Positions 48,890 to 62,514 are shown, counted from the stretch's first letter. The stretch is 64,000 nucleotides of DNA from an uncultured Chloroflexia bacterium (GCA_963720355.1 CAVRFH010000001.1:604244-668243), one strand, 5' to 3'. Program-made: numbers and translations. The notes: generated by a model from the sequence alone, not told the origin.

Positions 48890-49429
48890 TTACCGGCCAT
48901 CGGCGGACTCCATCGACGGAGCGGGCTGCCCCGAGATATGGCTGGTCAGCCGGACGCCACGACGGGCAGACAGCTCCTCGGCCGAGTGCAGGCCACGCAA
49001 GGCCTCCATCGTGGCGCGCGTCACGTTGACGGGGTTGGTCGAGCCGTAGATCTTCGACAGGATGTCGCGGACGCCGGCCGCCTCGAGGACGGCGCGCACC
49101 GAACCGCCGGCGATGACGCCGGTGCCCTGCGAGGCCGGCTTGAGCATGACCTTGCTGGCGGAGAACTCGACGTTCACCTCGTGGGGGATCGTCGTACCGA
49201 CCATCGGGATCTTGATGATGTGCTTCTTGGCGTCCTCGACGCCCTTGCGGATCGCCTCGGGGACTTCGCCGGCCTTGCCCAGACCCGCGCCGACGTGGCC
49301 GGCACCGTCACCGACGACGACGACCGCGCTGAAGCTGAACCGCCGGCCGCCCTTGACGACCTTGGCGACTCGGTTGATCTGGACCACGCGCTCCTCGAGC
49401 GCGAGCTTGTTCGGGTCGATGCGTGCCAC
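48890..49429 (-). CDS. rpsE: 30S ribosomal protein S5
   Basis: Intact 179 aa; ...[28 protein letters not shown]... Confidence 0.95.
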   Translation of the reverse strand: MARIDPNKLALEERVVQINRVAKVVKGGRRFSFSAVVVVGDGAGHVGAGLGKAGEVPEAIRKGVEDAKKHIIKIPMVGTTIPHEVNVEFSASKVMLKPASQGTGVIAGGSVRAVLEAAGVRDILSKIYGSTNPVNVTRATMEALRGLHSAEELSARRGVRLTSHISGQPAPSMESADGR

Positions 49430-49443
49430 GTTGCTCCTTCCGA

Positions 49444-49806
49444 TCAGAACTCGAGACCGGCCTCGCGGGCGGCATCGGCGAGCGACTTGATCCGCCCGTG
49501 GTACCGGAACCCGGCTCGATCGAAGACGACACGCTCGATCCCGGCGGACTTGGCCCGCTCGGCGATCAGCCGTCCGACGACGGCGGCCTCGTCAGCCTTG
49601 AGCGAGGTGGAGCCACGCAGCTCCTTCTCGAGCGTGGAGGCGGCGACGAGCGTCTTGCCGGACGCGTCGTCGATGACCTGTGCATAGATGTGGTTAAGGC
49701 TGCGGAACACGGCCAGCCGCGGTCGCCCGGCCGAGCCCGCCATGGTCAGGCGGATCCGGTCGTGGCGCTTGCGTCGGGCGGCGCCGCGGCTTGCGGTCTG
49801 GGTCAT
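49444..49806 (-). CDS. rplR: 50S ribosomal protein L18
   Basis: Intact 120 aa; ...[20 protein letters not shown]...[22 protein letters not shown]. Confidence 0.95.
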   Translation of the reverse strand: MTQTASRGAARRKRHDRIRLTMAGSAGRPRLAVFRSLNHIYAQVIDDASGKTLVAASTLEKELRGSTSLKADEAAVVGRLIAERAKSAGIERVVFDRAGFRYHGRIKSLADAAREAGLEF

Positions 49807-49833
49807 CGTGTCAATCCTTCGTCTCGTTCGGGG

Positions 49834-50385
49834 TTACTTCTTGGCGCCGATCTTGCCGGCCTTGCCGGCCTTGCGGCGGACCTGCTCGCCCGCGTAGCGG
49901 ACGCCCTTGCCCTTGTACGGCTCGGGCTTGCGGGTCGACCGAACCTGTGCGGCGATCTGGCCGACCAGCTCCTTGTCGATGCCGAGCACCGCGAGACGGG
50001 TCGGGTTCTCGAGCTCGAAGCTGATGCCCTCGGGCGGCTCGATCTCGACCGGATGGCTGTACCCCAGGTTGAGGGTCAGCTTCCGGCCGTTCAGCGCGGC
50101 GCGATAGCCCACGCCGGTGATCTCGAGGCCCTTGCGATAGCCGTCGGTCACGCCGATGACCATGTTGTTCACGAGGGTCCGGGTCAGGCCGTGGAGCTGC
50201 TTGTGCGTCTTTTGCTCGGTCGGCCGGCGGACGACGATGGAGCCCTCCTCCTGGCTGACCGACATGTCGGGATGCAGCGCGCGGCTGAGGGTCCCCTTGG
50301 GGCCCGTCACCGTGAGCTGGCGCCCGTCGATGGTCACGTCGACGCCCGACGGGACCGCGATGGGAAGTCGTCCGATACGCGACAT
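49834..50385 (-). CDS. rplF: 50S ribosomal protein L6
   Basis: Intact 183 aa; [21 protein letters not shown]... Confidence 0.95.
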   Translation of the reverse strand: MSRIGRLPIAVPSGVDVTIDGRQLTVTGPKGTLSRALHPDMSVSQEEGSIVVRRPTEQKTHKQLHGLTRTLVNNMVIGVTDGYRKGLEITGVGYRAALNGRKLTLNLGYSHPVEIEPPEGISFELENPTRLAVLGIDKELVGQIAAQVRSTRKPEPYKGKGVRYAGEQVRRKAGKAGKIGAKK

Positions 50386-50393
50386 CGTCCCGC

Positions 50394-50792
50394 CTACCAG
50401 ACGTACGCCAGGACTTCGCCGCCGAGCTGCGCCTGACGCGCCTGCTGGCCGGTCATGATCCCCTGGCTCGTGCTGACGATGACGATGCCCAGCCCGCCGA
50501 GCACCCGTGGGATGTCGGTCTTGCGCGCGTAGACGCGCAGTCCGGGCTTGCTGATGCGCTTGAGGCCGGACACGACGGGCACCTTGCCGTCGACGTACTT
50601 GAGGGTCAGGCGCAGGACCGCCGTGGGCCCGTCCTGGTCCTCGGCGACGTCGGCGATGAAGCCCTCGTCCTTGAGGATGCGGGCGATCTCGCGCTTCGTC
50701 CGCGACGCAGGCACCACCACTTCGGTGTGGCGCGCCCGCGACGCGTTGCGCACGCGCGTGAGCATGTCCGCGATCGGATCGGAGATATTCAT
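50394..50792 (-). CDS. rpsH: 30S ribosomal protein S8
   Basis: Intact 132 aa; ...[13 protein letters not shown]...GGEVLAYVW. Confidence 0.95.
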   Translation of the reverse strand: MNISDPIADMLTRVRNASRARHTEVVVPASRTKREIARILKDEGFIADVAEDQDGPTAVLRLTLKYVDGKVPVVSGLKRISKPGLRVYARKTDIPRVLGGLGIVIVSTSQGIMTGQQARQAQLGGEVLAYVW

Positions 50793-50799
50793 CGGTTCC

Positions 50800-50985
50800 C
50801 TACCAGCTCGACTTCGTGACGCCGGGCAACTCGCCCAGGAGCGCTCGCTCCCGGAAGCAGATGCGACACAGCGCGAACCGCCGCATGAAGGCGCGCGGCC
50901 GGCCGCACACGAAGCAGCGGTGATAGGCCTGCACCTTGTGCTTTGGGGTGCGCTTTGCCTTGGCGATCATCGATTTCTTGGCCAT
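50800..50985 (-). CDS. rpsN: 30S ribosomal protein S14, type Z (zinc-binding, 61 aa)
   Basis: [46 protein letters not shown]... with the CxxC...CxxC motif. Confidence 0.95.
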   Translation of the reverse strand: MAKKSMIAKAKRTPKHKVQAYHRCFVCGRPRAFMRRFALCRICFRERALLGELPGVTKSSW

Positions 50986-51003
50986 GGTTCTCCCTCCCCG
51001 CGC

Positions 51004-51546
51004 CTACGAAGCGAAGGGCATGCCGAGGAGCTCGAGGAGCTTCTTCGATTCCTCGTCGGTCTTCGCCGTCGTCACGATGCTGATCTCCAGCCCGCGGAGA
51101 CGATCCACCTTGTCGTAGTCGATCTCGGGGAACGCGAGCTGCTCGCGCATCCCCAGTGAGTAGTTGCCCCGGCCATCGAACGACTTGCCCGGGACGCCCC
51201 GGAAGTCGCGGATGCGCGGCAGGGCGAGCGTCGTCAGCCGGTCCAGGAAGTCCCACATCCGCTCGCCGCGGAGCGTCACCTTGGCACCGATCGAGTTGCC
51301 CGTCCGCAGACGGAACTGGGCGATCGAGCGCTTTGCCTTGGTCACGATCGGCCGCTGGCCGGTGATCGTCGCGAGGTCGCCCATCGCGGCGTCGAGGGCC
51401 TTGGCATTGGTGAGCGCCTCGCCGAGACCGATGTTCACGACGATCTTGGACAGGCGCGGCACCTGGTTGGCGTTGCCGTAATCGAATTGCTTCTGGAGCG
51501 CCGGGACGACCTCGGCCGCGTAGCGCTCCCGCAGGCGGCTGCTCAC
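51004..51546 (-). CDS. rplE: 50S ribosomal protein L5
   Basis: The GTG at 51546 overlaps the rplX stop (GTGA); (M)[31 protein letters not shown]... The ORF-track start at 51651 is an upstream in-frame extension. Confidence 0.9.
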   Translation of the reverse strand: MSSRLRERYAAEVVPALQKQFDYGNANQVPRLSKIVVNIGLGEALTNAKALDAAMGDLATITGQRPIVTKAKRSIAQFRLRTGNSIGAKVTLRGERMWDFLDRLTTLALPRIRDFRGVPGKSFDGRGNYSLGMREQLAFPEIDYDKVDRLRGLEISIVTTAKTDEESKKLLELLGMPFAS

Positions 51547-51986
51547 GAGCGCACCTCCAGCTGCTCGCCGCACTGGCGGCAGACGCGGACGCGACGGCCG
51601 TTGTCCAGCGTGCGATGCCCGATGCGGGTCGGCTTGCTGCAGCTCCCGCACACGACCATGACCTTGCCGATCGGCATGGGCTGGGCGATCTCGAGGATGC
51701 CGCCCTGCTGGATCTTGGGCATGCGATCGGTCGAGCCGGTCGTCTGGCGCGGCTTGGTGTGGCGCTTGGCGATGTTGACGCCCTCGACGACCACGCTGAC
51801 GCCGCCGGCGCCCGAGCCGCGTCGGAACGTGCTCCGCCCGCCGCGCGGCGACGCCGCCCGGCGGATGACACGCTCGACGGTCCCGCGCTTGCCGGCGTCG
51901 CGGCCGGACAGCACGACCACGGTGTCGCCCTTGCGGATCTCGGGCACCTTGGGCGCCTTGGGCGCTTCGGTCCGGACGGCCATCAC
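51543..51986 (-). CDS. rplX: 50S ribosomal protein L24 (extended, with a C-terminal CxxC...CxxC ribbon)
   Basis: 147 aa with the KOW region [21 protein letters not shown], then ...[31 protein letters not shown]. Confidence 0.9.
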   Translation of the reverse strand: MMAVRTEAPKAPKVPEIRKGDTVVVLSGRDAGKRGTVERVIRRAASPRGGRSTFRRGSGAGGVSVVVEGVNIAKRHTKPRQTTGSTDRMPKIQQGGILEIAQPMPIGKVMVVCGSCSKPTRIGHRTLDNGRRVRVCRQCGEQLEVRS

Positions 51987-52351
51987 AGCACCTCCGGGGC
52001 GAGCGACACGATCTTCATGTAGTTCCGGTCGCGCAGCTCGCGCGCGACCGGGCCGAAGATGCGCGTGCCGCGCGGGTTGCCCTGGTTGTTGATGAGCACG
52101 GCGGCGTTCTCGTCGAAGCGGATGTAGCTCCCGTCGGCGCGGCCGTACTCCTTGTTCGTCCGGACGATGACGGCCCGGACGACATCGCCCTTCTTGACCG
52201 CCGCGTTGGGGATCGCCTGCTTGACGCTGGCGATGATCACGTCACCCACGCCGGCCGTGGTCTTGAGCGAACGACCCATCACCCGGATGCACTGGATGCT
52301 CCGGGCACCGGTGTTGTCCGCGACCTTGAGGCGGGTCTGGGGCTGGATCAT
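51983..52351 (-). CDS. rplN: 50S ribosomal protein L14
   Basis: Intact 122 aa; [16 protein letters not shown]... Confidence 0.95.
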   Translation of the reverse strand: MIQPQTRLKVADNTGARSIQCIRVMGRSLKTTAGVGDVIIASVKQAIPNAAVKKGDVVRAVIVRTNKEYGRADGSYIRFDENAAVLINNQGNPRGTRIFGPVARELRDRNYMKIVSLAPEVL

Positions 52352-52809
52352 GAGGCGGAATCCTCGGGCGCGTCAGCCTTGTCGTCGGCGGCCGCGACCG
52401 CCGTCTCGGACGGCGTGGCATCGTCGGCGTCAGCCGCTGTCTCGGAGGCCCGCGTCCGGCCCGGATGGGCGGCGGCGTGGATCGCCTCGGTCACCGCGGC
52501 CTCCTCGGCCACGACGCTCTCACCGGGCAGGCCGTGATCGCCGGCGCGCTGGACCACGCTGACGAGGCGCCAGCGCTTGGTGGCCGACATCGGCCGCGAC
52601 TCCTCGATGAGGACGGTGTCGCCGATGCGGGCATCGTTCGTCTCGTCGTGGGCCTTGAACTTGGTCGTCAGGCGGATGACCCGCTTGTACAACCGGTGGC
52701 GTGCCAGCCGCTCGACGGACACGACGATCGTCTTGTCCATGCGGTCGCTGACGACGCGGCCGACCTTCGTCTTCCGCTTGCCCTGCACGTTCGTGGTCGC
52801 TCCTGTCAT
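52348..52809 (-). CDS. rpsQ: 30S ribosomal protein S17 with a ~60-aa acidic C-terminal extension
   Basis: [35 protein letters not shown]...RWRLV, then an A/D/E/T-rich tail. The stop overlaps the rplN ATG. Confidence 0.9.
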   Translation of the reverse strand: MTGATTNVQGKRKTKVGRVVSDRMDKTIVVSVERLARHRLYKRVIRLTTKFKAHDETNDARIGDTVLIEESRPMSATKRWRLVSVVQRAGDHGLPGESVVAEEAAVTEAIHAAAHPGRTRASETAADADDATPSETAVAAADDKADAPEDSAS

Positions 52810-52822
52810 CGCGTGATCTCCA

Positions 52823-53023
52823 TCAGGCCGTCCGGCCGAGCTTGCGCTCGCGCTGGACGGTCAGGATCCGCGCGATCGTCCTCCGCGTCTGCGGGATCGT
52901 GCTGTAATCCTTGAGTTGTCGGGTGGACAGCGCGAAGCGCGCTCCCCACAGGTCCTGCTTCGCCTCGCGCAGCGCGTCGTCGAGCTCGGTGTCGGACAGC
53001 GAACGTGCCTTCTTGAGGTCCAC
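52823..53023 (-). CDS. rpmC: 50S ribosomal protein L29
   Basis: The GTG at 53023 lies 2 nt after the rplP stop, with AAGGAGG inside the rplP 3' end; (M)[29 protein letters not shown]... Confidence 0.85.
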   Translation of the reverse strand: MDLKKARSLSDTELDDALREAKQDLWGARFALSTRQLKDYSTIPQTRRTIARILTVQRERKLGRTA

Positions 53024-53025
53024 CG

Positions 53026-53448
53026 TCACGCCTCCTTCGCGCCTTCGCGCACGACCACGCGGGTCGCGACGGGCAGCTTGTGGCTGGCCAGGCGCATGGC
53101 CTCGACCGCGGAGGCGTGATCGACGCCGGCCATCTCGAACAGGATCCGGCCGGGTTTGACGACCGCGACCCAATGGTCGGGGGCGCCCTTGCCGGAGCCC
53201 ATGCGCGTCTCTGCCGGCTTCTTCGTGGCGGGCTTGTCGGGGAAGATCCGGATCCAGATCTTGCCACCGCGCTTGACCGAGCGGGTCATGGCGCGGCGGG
53301 CGGCCTCGATCTGCCGGCTGGTGATCCAGGCCGGCTCCTGGGTGGCCAGGCCGTACTCTCCGAAGGCGACCGTGTGGCCGCCCTTGGCCAGGCCGGACAT
53401 GCGGCCACGCATGACCTTGCGATGCTTGACGCGTCGCGGCATCAACAT
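53026..53448 (-). CDS. rplP: 50S ribosomal protein L16
   Basis: 140 aa; [24 protein letters not shown]... Confidence 0.95.
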   Translation of the reverse strand: MLMPRRVKHRKVMRGRMSGLAKGGHTVAFGEYGLATQEPAWITSRQIEAARRAMTRSVKRGGKIWIRIFPDKPATKKPAETRMGSGKGAPDHWVAVVKPGRILFEMAGVDHASAVEAMRLASHKLPVATRVVVREGAKEA

Positions 53449-53450
53449 CG

Positions 53451-54134
53451 TCAGGCTCCCTGTCCCGCCGCCGCCTGGGCGCGCGCGAGCTCGGGATGGT
53501 GGACCGGCTCGGGAGCGATGTCCCCGCGGTAGATCCAGACCTTGACGCCGATGCGGCCATAGGTCGTATGCGCATGGATCTGGCCGTAGCTGATATCGGC
53601 GCGCAGCGTGCCGAGCGGGATGCGGCCTTCCTTGTCCCACTCGCGACGGCCCATCTCCGATCCGCCGAGGCGTCCGGCGACGGCGATCTTGACGCCCTTG
53701 GCGCCCGCCTTCATCGACCGCTGGATGGCCTGCTTCATCGCCTTCTTGAAGGCGATGCGGCGGGTCAGCTGGCCGGCGATGTTCATCGCGACGAGATGCG
53801 CGTCGAGCTCCGGCTGGCGGATCTCCTTGATCTCGAGCTTGACCTTGCGGTTGCTCAGCCCGCCGATCTGCTGGCGCAGGACCTCGACGTTGGCGCCGCC
53901 CTTGCCGATGACGATGCCGGGCTTGGCAGTGTGGATCGTGACCGTCACGTGGTTGATGCCACGCTCGATCTCGACGCCGCTCACGCTGGCGTTGGAGAGC
54001 CGTCGCTCGATGAGCGTCCGGATCGAGATGTCCTCCTTGAGGGAGGCGGTGTATTCCTTGTCCGCGTACCACTTCGCGGTCCAGGTGCGCGAGACACCCA
54101 GGCGGAAGCCGTACGGATGGACCTTGTGTCCCAT
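53451..54134 (-). CDS. rpsC: 30S ribosomal protein S3
   Basis: Intact 227 aa; [24 protein letters not shown]... Confidence 0.95.
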   Translation of the reverse strand: MGHKVHPYGFRLGVSRTWTAKWYADKEYTASLKEDISIRTLIERRLSNASVSGVEIERGINHVTVTIHTAKPGIVIGKGGANVEVLRQQIGGLSNRKVKLEIKEIRQPELDAHLVAMNIAGQLTRRIAFKKAMKQAIQRSMKAGAKGVKIAVAGRLGGSEMGRREWDKEGRIPLGTLRADISYGQIHAHTTYGRIGVKVWIYRGDIAPEPVHHPELARAQAAAGQGA

Positions 54135-54135
54135 G

Positions 54136-54477
54136 TCAGGCCTCCTGGTCCGCGACGACGATGGTGATGTGGGTCATGGGCTTGTGGATGGGGAACGCCC
54201 GACCCTGTGCCCGCGGCTGGAAGCGCTTGATCGTCGGACCCTCGTTGGCGATGGCGTCGACGATGACGAGGTCCTCCGCGGACAGGTTGTGGTTGTTCTC
54301 GGCATTGGCCGTCGCGCTCTTGAGCACGCGCGCGACGTCGGCGGCGGCCTTCTGCGGCATGAACCGCAGCAACGCCGTCGCCTCCTCGACCCGCTTGCCC
54401 TTGATGGCGGCGGTCACGAGGCGCGTCTTGCGCGTCGAAGCGCGCTGGTACTTGGCCGTGGCGGACACACGCATCAT
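54136..54477 (-). CDS. rplV: 50S ribosomal protein L22
   Basis: Intact 113 aa; ...ATAKYQRASTRKTRLV...RAFPIHKPMTHITIVV. Confidence 0.95.
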   Translation of the reverse strand: MMRVSATAKYQRASTRKTRLVTAAIKGKRVEEATALLRFMPQKAAADVARVLKSATANAENNHNLSAEDLVIVDAIANEGPTIKRFQPRAQGRAFPIHKPMTHITIVVADQEA

Positions 54478-54482
54478 CAGGC

Positions 54483-54767
54483 CTACTTCAGCGACGTCGA
54501 CCGCTCGGTGTGCTTGCCGTGCCCGCGGTAGCTGCGGGTGGGGCTGAACTCACCGAGCCGGTGGCCGACCATGTTCTCGGTCACATAGACCGGGACGTGC
54601 TTGCGACCGTTGTAGACCGCGATGGTGTGGCCGATGAACGTCGGGAAGATCACCGACGCTCGCGACCAGGTCTTGACGACCTTCTTCTCGTTGCGCTTGT
54701 TCATCTCATCGATCCGGCCGAGGAGGCGGGCCTCGACGAACGGGCCCTTCTTGATGGAACGGGACAT
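54483..54767 (-). CDS. rpsS: 30S ribosomal protein S19
   Basis: Intact 94 aa; [16 protein letters not shown]...[16 protein letters not shown]. Confidence 0.95.
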   Translation of the reverse strand: MSRSIKKGPFVEARLLGRIDEMNKRNEKKVVKTWSRASVIFPTFIGHTIAVYNGRKHVPVYVTENMVGHRLGEFSPTRSYRGHGKHTERSTSLK

Positions 54768-54785
54768 TGACTCCTACCTCCCCGC

Positions 54786-55613
54786 CTACTTGCGATGCCG
54801 CGATCGGACGATGAGCCGTCCGGTCATCTTCGAGCGCCGGGTGCGGTAGCCCATGGCGGGCTTGCCCCACGGCGTCTTGGGCGGCATCCCGGTCGGGGAC
54901 TTGCCCTCGCCACCGCCGTGCGGATGGTCGCGCGGGTTCATCACGACCCCGCGGACCTCCGGGCGCTGGCCCATGTGCCGGGCGCGGCCGGCCTTGCCGA
55001 GATTCTGGTTCTCGTGATCGAGGTTGCTGACCTGGCCGACGGTGGCCATGCAGGTCATCGGGATGCGGCGCATCTCGCCCGATGGCATGCGCACGGTGGC
55101 GTAGCCGCCTTCCTTGGCGAGGAGCTGCGCCGACGTCCCGGCTGAGCGGACGATCTGGCCGCCCTTGCCGGGCGTCAGCTCGATGTTGTGGATCGTCGTG
55201 CCGAGCGGGATGTTGGCGAGCGGCAAGGCGTTGCCGAGGCGGGCCTCGGCATCCGAGCCGGCGACGACGATGTCACCGACCTTGAGGCCGTGGGGCAGCA
55301 GCATGTAGCGCTTCTCGCCGTCGCGGTAGTGGAGCAGCCCGATGCGCGCCGAGCGGTTGGGGTCGTACTCGATCGTCGCGAGCCGGGCGGGCACGCCGAG
55401 CTTGTCGCGCTTGAAATCGATGCGCCGGTAGTGCTGCTTCTCGCCGCCGCCGCGATGGCGGACGGACAGGCGGCCCTGGTTATTGCGCCCGGAGCCGCGG
55501 ATCTGCGGCTCGAGCAGCGGCTTGTGGGGCTCCTTGGTGGTGACCTCCTCGAAGGTCGAGCGGGTCATCTGGCGGAGGCCCGGCGAGGTCGGCTTGTAAC
55601 TGCGCAGCGGCAT
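54786..55613 (-). CDS. rplB: 50S ribosomal protein L2
   Basis: [17 protein letters not shown]... starting from the ATG at 55613, 2 nt after the rplW stop; ...HPHGGGEGK... Confidence 0.95.
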   Translation of the reverse strand: MPLRSYKPTSPGLRQMTRSTFEEVTTKEPHKPLLEPQIRGSGRNNQGRLSVRHRGGGEKQHYRRIDFKRDKLGVPARLATIEYDPNRSARIGLLHYRDGEKRYMLLPHGLKVGDIVVAGSDAEARLGNALPLANIPLGTTIHNIELTPGKGGQIVRSAGTSAQLLAKEGGYATVRMPSGEMRRIPMTCMATVGQVSNLDHENQNLGKAGRARHMGQRPEVRGVVMNPRDHPHGGGEGKSPTGMPPKTPWGKPAMGYRTRRSKMTGRLIVRSRHRK

Positions 55614-55615
55614 CG

Positions 55616-55930
55616 TCAGACCCCCTCGAAGAATTCGATCTTCTGGCCGGGAGCCAGGGTGACGATGGCCTTGCGCCACGGCGTGGTGTGACCCACGATG
55701 CGACCGCGTCGCGTGCCGCGCCGCTTCTCCTTGGCCTTGGTCGTCAGGACGTTGACCGCCACGACGGTCACGCCCTCCTTCTTGTAGAGCTCCTCGACCG
55801 CCGCCTTGATCTGGATCTTGTTGGCATCCGCGTGGACGGCGAACGTGTACTTGCCGCGGCCGGACTCGTCGATCGACTTCTCGCTGACGACCGGGCGCAG
55901 GATGATCTCGGGCGCGGTCAGGGCGCTCAC
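55616..55930 (-). CDS. rplW: 50S ribosomal protein L23
   Basis: Intact 104 aa; ...[10 protein letters not shown]...[16 protein letters not shown]... Confidence 0.95.
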   Translation of the reverse strand: MSALTAPEIILRPVVSEKSIDESGRGKYTFAVHADANKIQIKAAVEELYKKEGVTVVAVNVLTTKAKEKRRGTRRGRIVGHTTPWRKAIVTLAPGQKIEFFEGV

Positions 55931-56574
55931 GCGTCCACCCCCGTCGTAGCTCCGCCGTAGACGCTCTCCATGCGAGCCAGCGCTGGCTGCTCGATCAGGA
56001 CGAGGTCGGCGTTGATGAGATCGACGACGTTGAGCGAGTCGGCCAGGATGACCTCGACCGTCGGCAGATTGCGCGCCGACATCTCGAGGTTCTGGTCGCG
56101 CGACGGCGCGACGACCAGGACGCGACCGTTGGCCTCGAGCGCGCGCAGCACCGAGGCGAGCTCGCGGGTCTTGATCGCATCGAGCTTGAACGCGTCGATG
56201 ACCTTGACCTGCTCGTCGCCAAGCTTGGCGGTCAGCGCGCCGCGCAGCGCGAGGCGCTTCATCTTGCGCGGCAGACGCTGCTCGTACGAGCGCGGGTGGG
56301 GACCGAACACGACACCGCCACCGCGGTACTGCGGCGAGCTCAGGCTGCCCTGCCGGGCGCGGCCGGTGCCCTTCTGGCGGTACGGCTTGCGACCGCCACC
56401 GCGGACCTCGCCGCGGGTCCGGGTGTCGGCTGTGCCCGTCCGGCGGCCCGCCAGCTGCGCGGTCACGACCTGGTGGAGCACGGCGGTGTTGACCGGGGCC
56501 GCGAAGAGCACGTCACTGAGCTCGACGTTGCCGACGGTCTTGCCGGTCCGATCGTAGAGGGGGGTCGATGGCAT
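55927..56574 (-). CDS. rplD: 50S ribosomal protein L4
   Basis: Intact 215 aa; ...[19 protein letters not shown]... Confidence 0.95.
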   Translation of the reverse strand: MPSTPLYDRTGKTVGNVELSDVLFAAPVNTAVLHQVVTAQLAGRRTGTADTRTRGEVRGGGRKPYRQKGTGRARQGSLSSPQYRGGGVVFGPHPRSYEQRLPRKMKRLALRGALTAKLGDEQVKVIDAFKLDAIKTRELASVLRALEANGRVLVVAPSRDQNLEMSARNLPTVEVILADSLNVVDLINADLVLIEQPALARMESVYGGATTGVDA

Positions 56575-56576
56575 CG

Positions 56577-57203
56577 TCAGACCTTCTTCACGAGGATCAG
56601 CGAACCGCGCGCGCCCGGGAGGCTCCCGGCGACGAGGAGCAGGTTGCGCTCGGGATCGGTGCGCACGACGCGCACCTTCTTGACCGTCACCTTCTCGTCG
56701 CCCATGTGGCCGGCCATCTTCATGCCGCGGTAGACACGACCCGGGGTCGTGCCGGGGCCGATCGAGCCGGGCTCGCGGTGATGGTCCGAACCGTGGGTCT
56801 TCGGCCCGCGGTGGAAGTTGTGGCGCTTGATATGGCCCGCGAAGCCCTTGCCCTTCGACACGCCCGACACGTCGACGTCGTCGCCGGCCGTGAACAGGTC
56901 GTCGATGGACACGGTCTGACCGACCTCGTAGGCATCGACGCTGTCCACGCGGAACTCGCGCAGCGTCGACAGGCCCTGCGCCGGCTTGGGCAGGGTCTTG
57001 AGCTGGCCGGCCTCGGGCTTCGTCAGGCGGCGCGAGGGCTCGGTGCCGAGCTGGACGGCCGTGTAGCCGTCACGCTCGGCCGTGCGCAGGCGCGTGACGG
57101 TGTTGGGCTCGATGGCCAGCACGCTGACGGCCACCATCGTCCCATCGTCCTGGAACACCTGCGTCATGCCGACCTTTCGGCCGATCAAACCGATACTCAT
57201 CAC
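56577..57203 (-). CDS. rplC: 50S ribosomal protein L3
   Basis: Intact 208 aa; ...[13 protein letters not shown]...[13 protein letters not shown]... Confidence 0.95.
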   Translation of the reverse strand: MMSIGLIGRKVGMTQVFQDDGTMVAVSVLAIEPNTVTRLRTAERDGYTAVQLGTEPSRRLTKPEAGQLKTLPKPAQGLSTLREFRVDSVDAYEVGQTVSIDDLFTAGDDVDVSGVSKGKGFAGHIKRHNFHRGPKTHGSDHHREPGSIGPGTTPGRVYRGMKMAGHMGDEKVTVKKVRVVRTDPERNLLLVAGSLPGARGSLILVKKV

Positions 57204-57210
57204 TCGTCCG

Positions 57211-57519
57211 TCACATCTTGATTTCGATGTCGACGCCGGCCGCGAGCGAAAGCCGCATCAGGGCGTCGACGGTCTTGGAGCTCGGATCGATGATGTCGAC
57301 GAGCCGCTTATGGGTGCGGATCTCGAACTGCTCGCGCGAGTCCTTGTCGATGAACGGCGAACGCAGCACCGTGAACTTCTCGATGCGCGTAGGCAGCGGC
57401 ACCGGGCCGAGCACGTCAGCGCCGGTGCGCTGGGCGGTCTCGACGATCTGCGCCGCCGACTGATCGAGCAGTCGGTGGTCGTAGGCCTTGAGGCGGATCC
57501 GGATGCGCTGCTTCGCCAT
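57211..57519 (-). CDS. rpsJ: 30S ribosomal protein S10
   Basis: [21 protein letters not shown]... starting from the ATG at 57519, 8 nt after the tuf stop. Confidence 0.95.
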   Translation of the reverse strand: MAKQRIRIRLKAYDHRLLDQSAAQIVETAQRTGADVLGPVPLPTRIEKFTVLRSPFIDKDSREQFEIRTHKRLVDIIDPSSKTVDALMRLSLAAGVDIEIKM

Positions 57520-57526
57520 GGTGTCC

Positions 57527-58723
57527 CTACTCGACGATGCTGACGATGGCGCCGGCACCGACGGTCCGGCCACCCTCGCGGATGGCGAATCGCTGGCCGA
57601 CCTCGAGGGCGATCGGGGTGATCAGGTCGACGCTCATCTCGACGTTGTCGCCGGGCATGATCATCTCGGCCCCCTCGGGCAGCCCGATGGCACCGGTCAC
57701 ATCCGTCGTGCGCAGGTAGAACTGCGGGCGATAGCCGTTGTAGAAGGGGGTATGTCGGCCACCCTCCTCCTTGGTCAGCACGTAGACCTGCGCCGTGAAC
57801 TTGGTGTGCGGCTTGATGGAGCCCGACTTGGCCAGCACCTGGCCGCGCTCGATCTCCTCGCGCTCGATGCCCCGGATGAGGCAGCCGACGTTGTCACCGG
57901 CCTGGCCCTCGTCGAGCAGCTTCTTGAACATCTCGACGCCGGTGACCACGATCTTGCGCGTCGGCTTGACGCCGACGAGCTCGACCTCGTCGCCGACCTT
58001 GACGATGCCGCGCTCGATGCGGCCGGTCGCGACCGTGCCCCGGCCCTTGATGCCGAAGACGTCCTCGACGGGCATGAGGAACGGCTTGTCGACCGCCCGC
58101 TCGGGGGTCGGGATGTACGAGTCGACGGCGTCCATCAGCTCCTGGATGGGCTTGTATGCATCGTTGGCCGGATCGTCGGGCGCCTCGAGCGCCTTCAACG
58201 CGCTGCCGCGGATGACCGGGATGTCGTCGCCCGGGAACTCGTACTTCGACAACAGCTCGCGGACCTCGAGCTCGACGAGATCGAGCAGCTCCTCGTCGTC
58301 GACCATGTCGACCTTGTTGAGGAAGACCACGATGTACGGCACTTCGACCTGGCGGGCCAGCAGGATATGCTCGCGCGTCTGGGGCATCGGCCCGTCGGTC
58401 GCGGCGACGACCAGGATGGCGCCGTCCATCTGGGCGGCTCCGGTGATCATGTTCTTGATGTAGTCGGCGTGGCCCGGGCAGTCGACGTGGGCGTAGTGGC
58501 GCGCGTCGGTCTCGTACTCGACGTGGGCGATGGCGATGGTGATCCCGCGCTCGCGCTCTTCGGGCGCGTTGTCGATCGAATTGAACGCGCGGTACTCGGC
58601 GTCGCCCTTGAGCGCCAGGTACTTGGTGATCGCGGCGGTCAGCGAGGTCTTGCCATGGTCGATGTGGCCGATCGTGCCCACGTTGACATGCGGCTTGTTG
58701 CGCTCGAACTTCTTCTTGGCCAT
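57527..58723 (-). CDS. tuf: Elongation factor Tu
   Basis: Intact 398 aa; [20 protein letters not shown]. Confidence 0.97.
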   Translation of the reverse strand: MAKKKFERNKPHVNVGTIGHIDHGKTSLTAAITKYLALKGDAEYRAFNSIDNAPEERERGITIAIAHVEYETDARHYAHVDCPGHADYIKNMITGAAQMDGAILVVAATDGPMPQTREHILLARQVEVPYIVVFLNKVDMVDDEELLDLVELEVRELLSKYEFPGDDIPVIRGSALKALEAPDDPANDAYKPIQELMDAVDSYIPTPERAVDKPFLMPVEDVFGIKGRGTVATGRIERGIVKVGDEVELVGVKPTRKIVVTGVEMFKKLLDEGQAGDNVGCLIRGIEREEIERGQVLAKSGSIKPHTKFTAQVYVLTKEEGGRHTPFYNGYRPQFYLRTTDVTGAIGLPEGAEMIMPGDNVEMSVDLITPIALEVGQRFAIREGGRTVGAGAIVSIVE

Positions 58724-58736
58724 CGTGCTTCGCTCC

Positions 58737-60827
<2,091 letters not shown>

Positions 60828-60849
60828 GGTCTTCCCTACGCTCCCGTGT

Positions 60850-61317
60850 CTACCACTTGAAATGGCTGAAGGCGCGGTTCGCCTCAGCCATCTTGTGCGT
60901 GTCTTCGCGTCGCTTGACGGCCGCGCCGAGGCCGTTCATCGCATCGACGAACTCCGACGCGAGCTTCTCGCTCATGCTCTTGCCACTGCGCTTGCGGGCC
61001 GCCTGGACGAGCCAGCGGACGCCGAGCGACAGGCGGCGGTCGCCGCGGATCTCGACCGGGACCTGGTACGTCGCCCCGCCGACGCGGCGTGGCTTGACCT
61101 CGATGATCGGCGTGGCGTTGCGCATCGCCGCCTCGAGGATCTCGAGACCGGGCCGGCCGGCCTGCGCCTCGGCGCGGGCGAGGGCCTGGCGGAGGATCCG
61201 CTCGGCGAGGTTCTGCTTGCCGCCCTTCATGAGCTTGGCCGAGAACCGGTGGGTGATGCGGTTGGCCGGCACGACCTCGTACTTGGTCTTGCGCGGGATG
61301 CTCGTGCGTCGCGGCAT
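60850..61317 (-). CDS. rpsG: 30S ribosomal protein S7
   Basis: Intact 155 aa; ...[12 protein letters not shown]...[14 protein letters not shown]. Confidence 0.95.
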   Translation of the reverse strand: MPRRTSIPRKTKYEVVPANRITHRFSAKLMKGGKQNLAERILRQALARAEAQAGRPGLEILEAAMRNATPIIEVKPRRVGGATYQVPVEIRGDRRLSLGVRWLVQAARKRSGKSMSEKLASEFVDAMNGLGAAVKRREDTHKMAEANRAFSHFKW

Positions 61318-61318
61318 G

Positions 61319-61729
61319 CTACTTGGCCTTCGCGCCGTACTTGCTGCGACCCTGCTTGCGGTCGCGCACGCCGGCAGCGTCGAGGGTGCCGCGGATGATG
61401 TGGTACTTGACCGACGGAAGGTCCTTCACGCGCCCGCCGCGCACGAGGACGACCGAGTGCTCCTGCAGGTTGTGTCCGATGCCCGGGATGTAGGCCGTGA
61501 CCTCCATCTGGTTGGACAGGCGGACACGGGCGATCTTGCGCAGGGCCGAGTTCGGCTTCTTCGGCGTCATCGTGCGCACCTGGAGACAGACGCCGCGCTT
61601 CTGCGGGGCGCCCGGGATCGACACCTGACGGCGTCGCAGGCTGTTCCAGTTCTTGCGCATGGCCGGCGCTTTGACCTTCTTGACCTTGGTCTGGCGACCG
61701 TGACGCACGAGCTGGCTGATCGTCGGCAC
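61319..61729 (-). CDS. rpsL: 30S ribosomal protein S12
   Basis: The GTG at 61729 is preceded by GAAGGAG 11 nt upstream; (M)[12 protein letters not shown]...[11 protein letters not shown]...[13 protein letters not shown]. The ORF-track extension to 62488 is non-coding-like. Confidence 0.95.
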   Translation of the reverse strand: MPTISQLVRHGRQTKVKKVKAPAMRKNWNSLRRRQVSIPGAPQKRGVCLQVRTMTPKKPNSALRKIARVRLSNQMEVTAYIPGIGHNLQEHSVVLVRGGRVKDLPSVKYHIIRGTLDAAGVRDRKQGRSKYGAKAK

Positions 61730-61913
61730 GAAGACGCTGCTCCTTCTTTGTCGATACGGGGCGATCGGCAACCGACCGCGGAGGCCGGCCCAGCGTCGCC
61801 GGTCGCGCCCGGATGGGCGGTCCGGCCGGGACCGGTGATGTCTAGTGATGGTGGCGGAATGGGCCTCGGCGCACGCGCCGAAGGCGGACCCCTCCCGAGG
61901 CCACGAACGCGGA

Positions 61914-61943
61914 GTATATCGGCGGCCCGGAATCAGTGTCAAA
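61914..61943 (-). promoter_or_regulatory. Near-consensus sigma-70-type promoter for the rpsL (str) operon: TTGACA-18 nt-TATACT
   Basis: The minus strand reads gctcgTTTGACActgattccgggccgccgaTATACTccgcg. The predicted 5' UTR is about 175 nt and contains a GGCCTCGG...CCGAGGCC stem. Confidence 0.6.
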
Positions 61944-62466
61944 CGAGCGGGGAACCGGTCGGCCGGCGGCGATCCGTGACGCTTCTGCGGTCCCGGTACG
62001 GCGGCTCGGATCCGGTGGGTCCACCCGGGTCGTTTCCGGCGTCCGCCCGGACCTTCCCGGACCTTCCTGGCGTTCGCCTCGGTCTCTCGCCACCTCCACG
62101 TCCGCCGGGTCCGTTTCTGCCAATTGTGCTTGGGGTGACCACTCGTCAACGTTTCCGGCGGCCGGACGCCTCGTACGTGCATCGCCATGCGACGCGACAA
62201 CGCGTCCTTCGATGCGCCGTGCACGATCCTGCATAGCCATGCGGCCCGTGACGTATCCGGGCCGCCGCGGGCCGTGACCACGGTGCACATGGTGGTCATT
62301 TGGCACGAATGGGCGTGGCAGGCCCAGCGCTGCGCCGCGGGGGCGGCGCGGGCCGGCTGCGCGGCCGCACTGGAGGGACGGGCCGCAGCCGTCGCAGGCC
62401 GCTGGGCCACGGGCCGTCGCGGGCCGCGCCGCCGGGATGCCCGCGACGACCCGGACATGACGTGAC

Positions 62467-62485
62467 CCCGGGGTCGCCCCGGGGC
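62467..62485. terminator. GC-rich hairpin (CCCCGGGG-TCG-CCCCGGGG), candidate rpoC terminator
   Basis: Perfect 8-bp arms lying 30 nt downstream of the rpoC stop. There is no U-tract on either strand. It also directly follows the stop of a candidate plus-strand small ORF (62187..62465). Confidence 0.45.
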
Positions 62486-62514
62486 CACGGATCTGGCAGT
62501 GAACGACTCCCCCG

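Noticed and set aside
61730-62488. In-frame upstream extension of rpsL that gives a 389-aa ORF.
   Set aside because: A canonical GTG with GAAGGAG 11 nt upstream gives a normal-length S12. The extension is Arg/Trp/Pro-rich and contains the consensus promoter, so it is non-coding.
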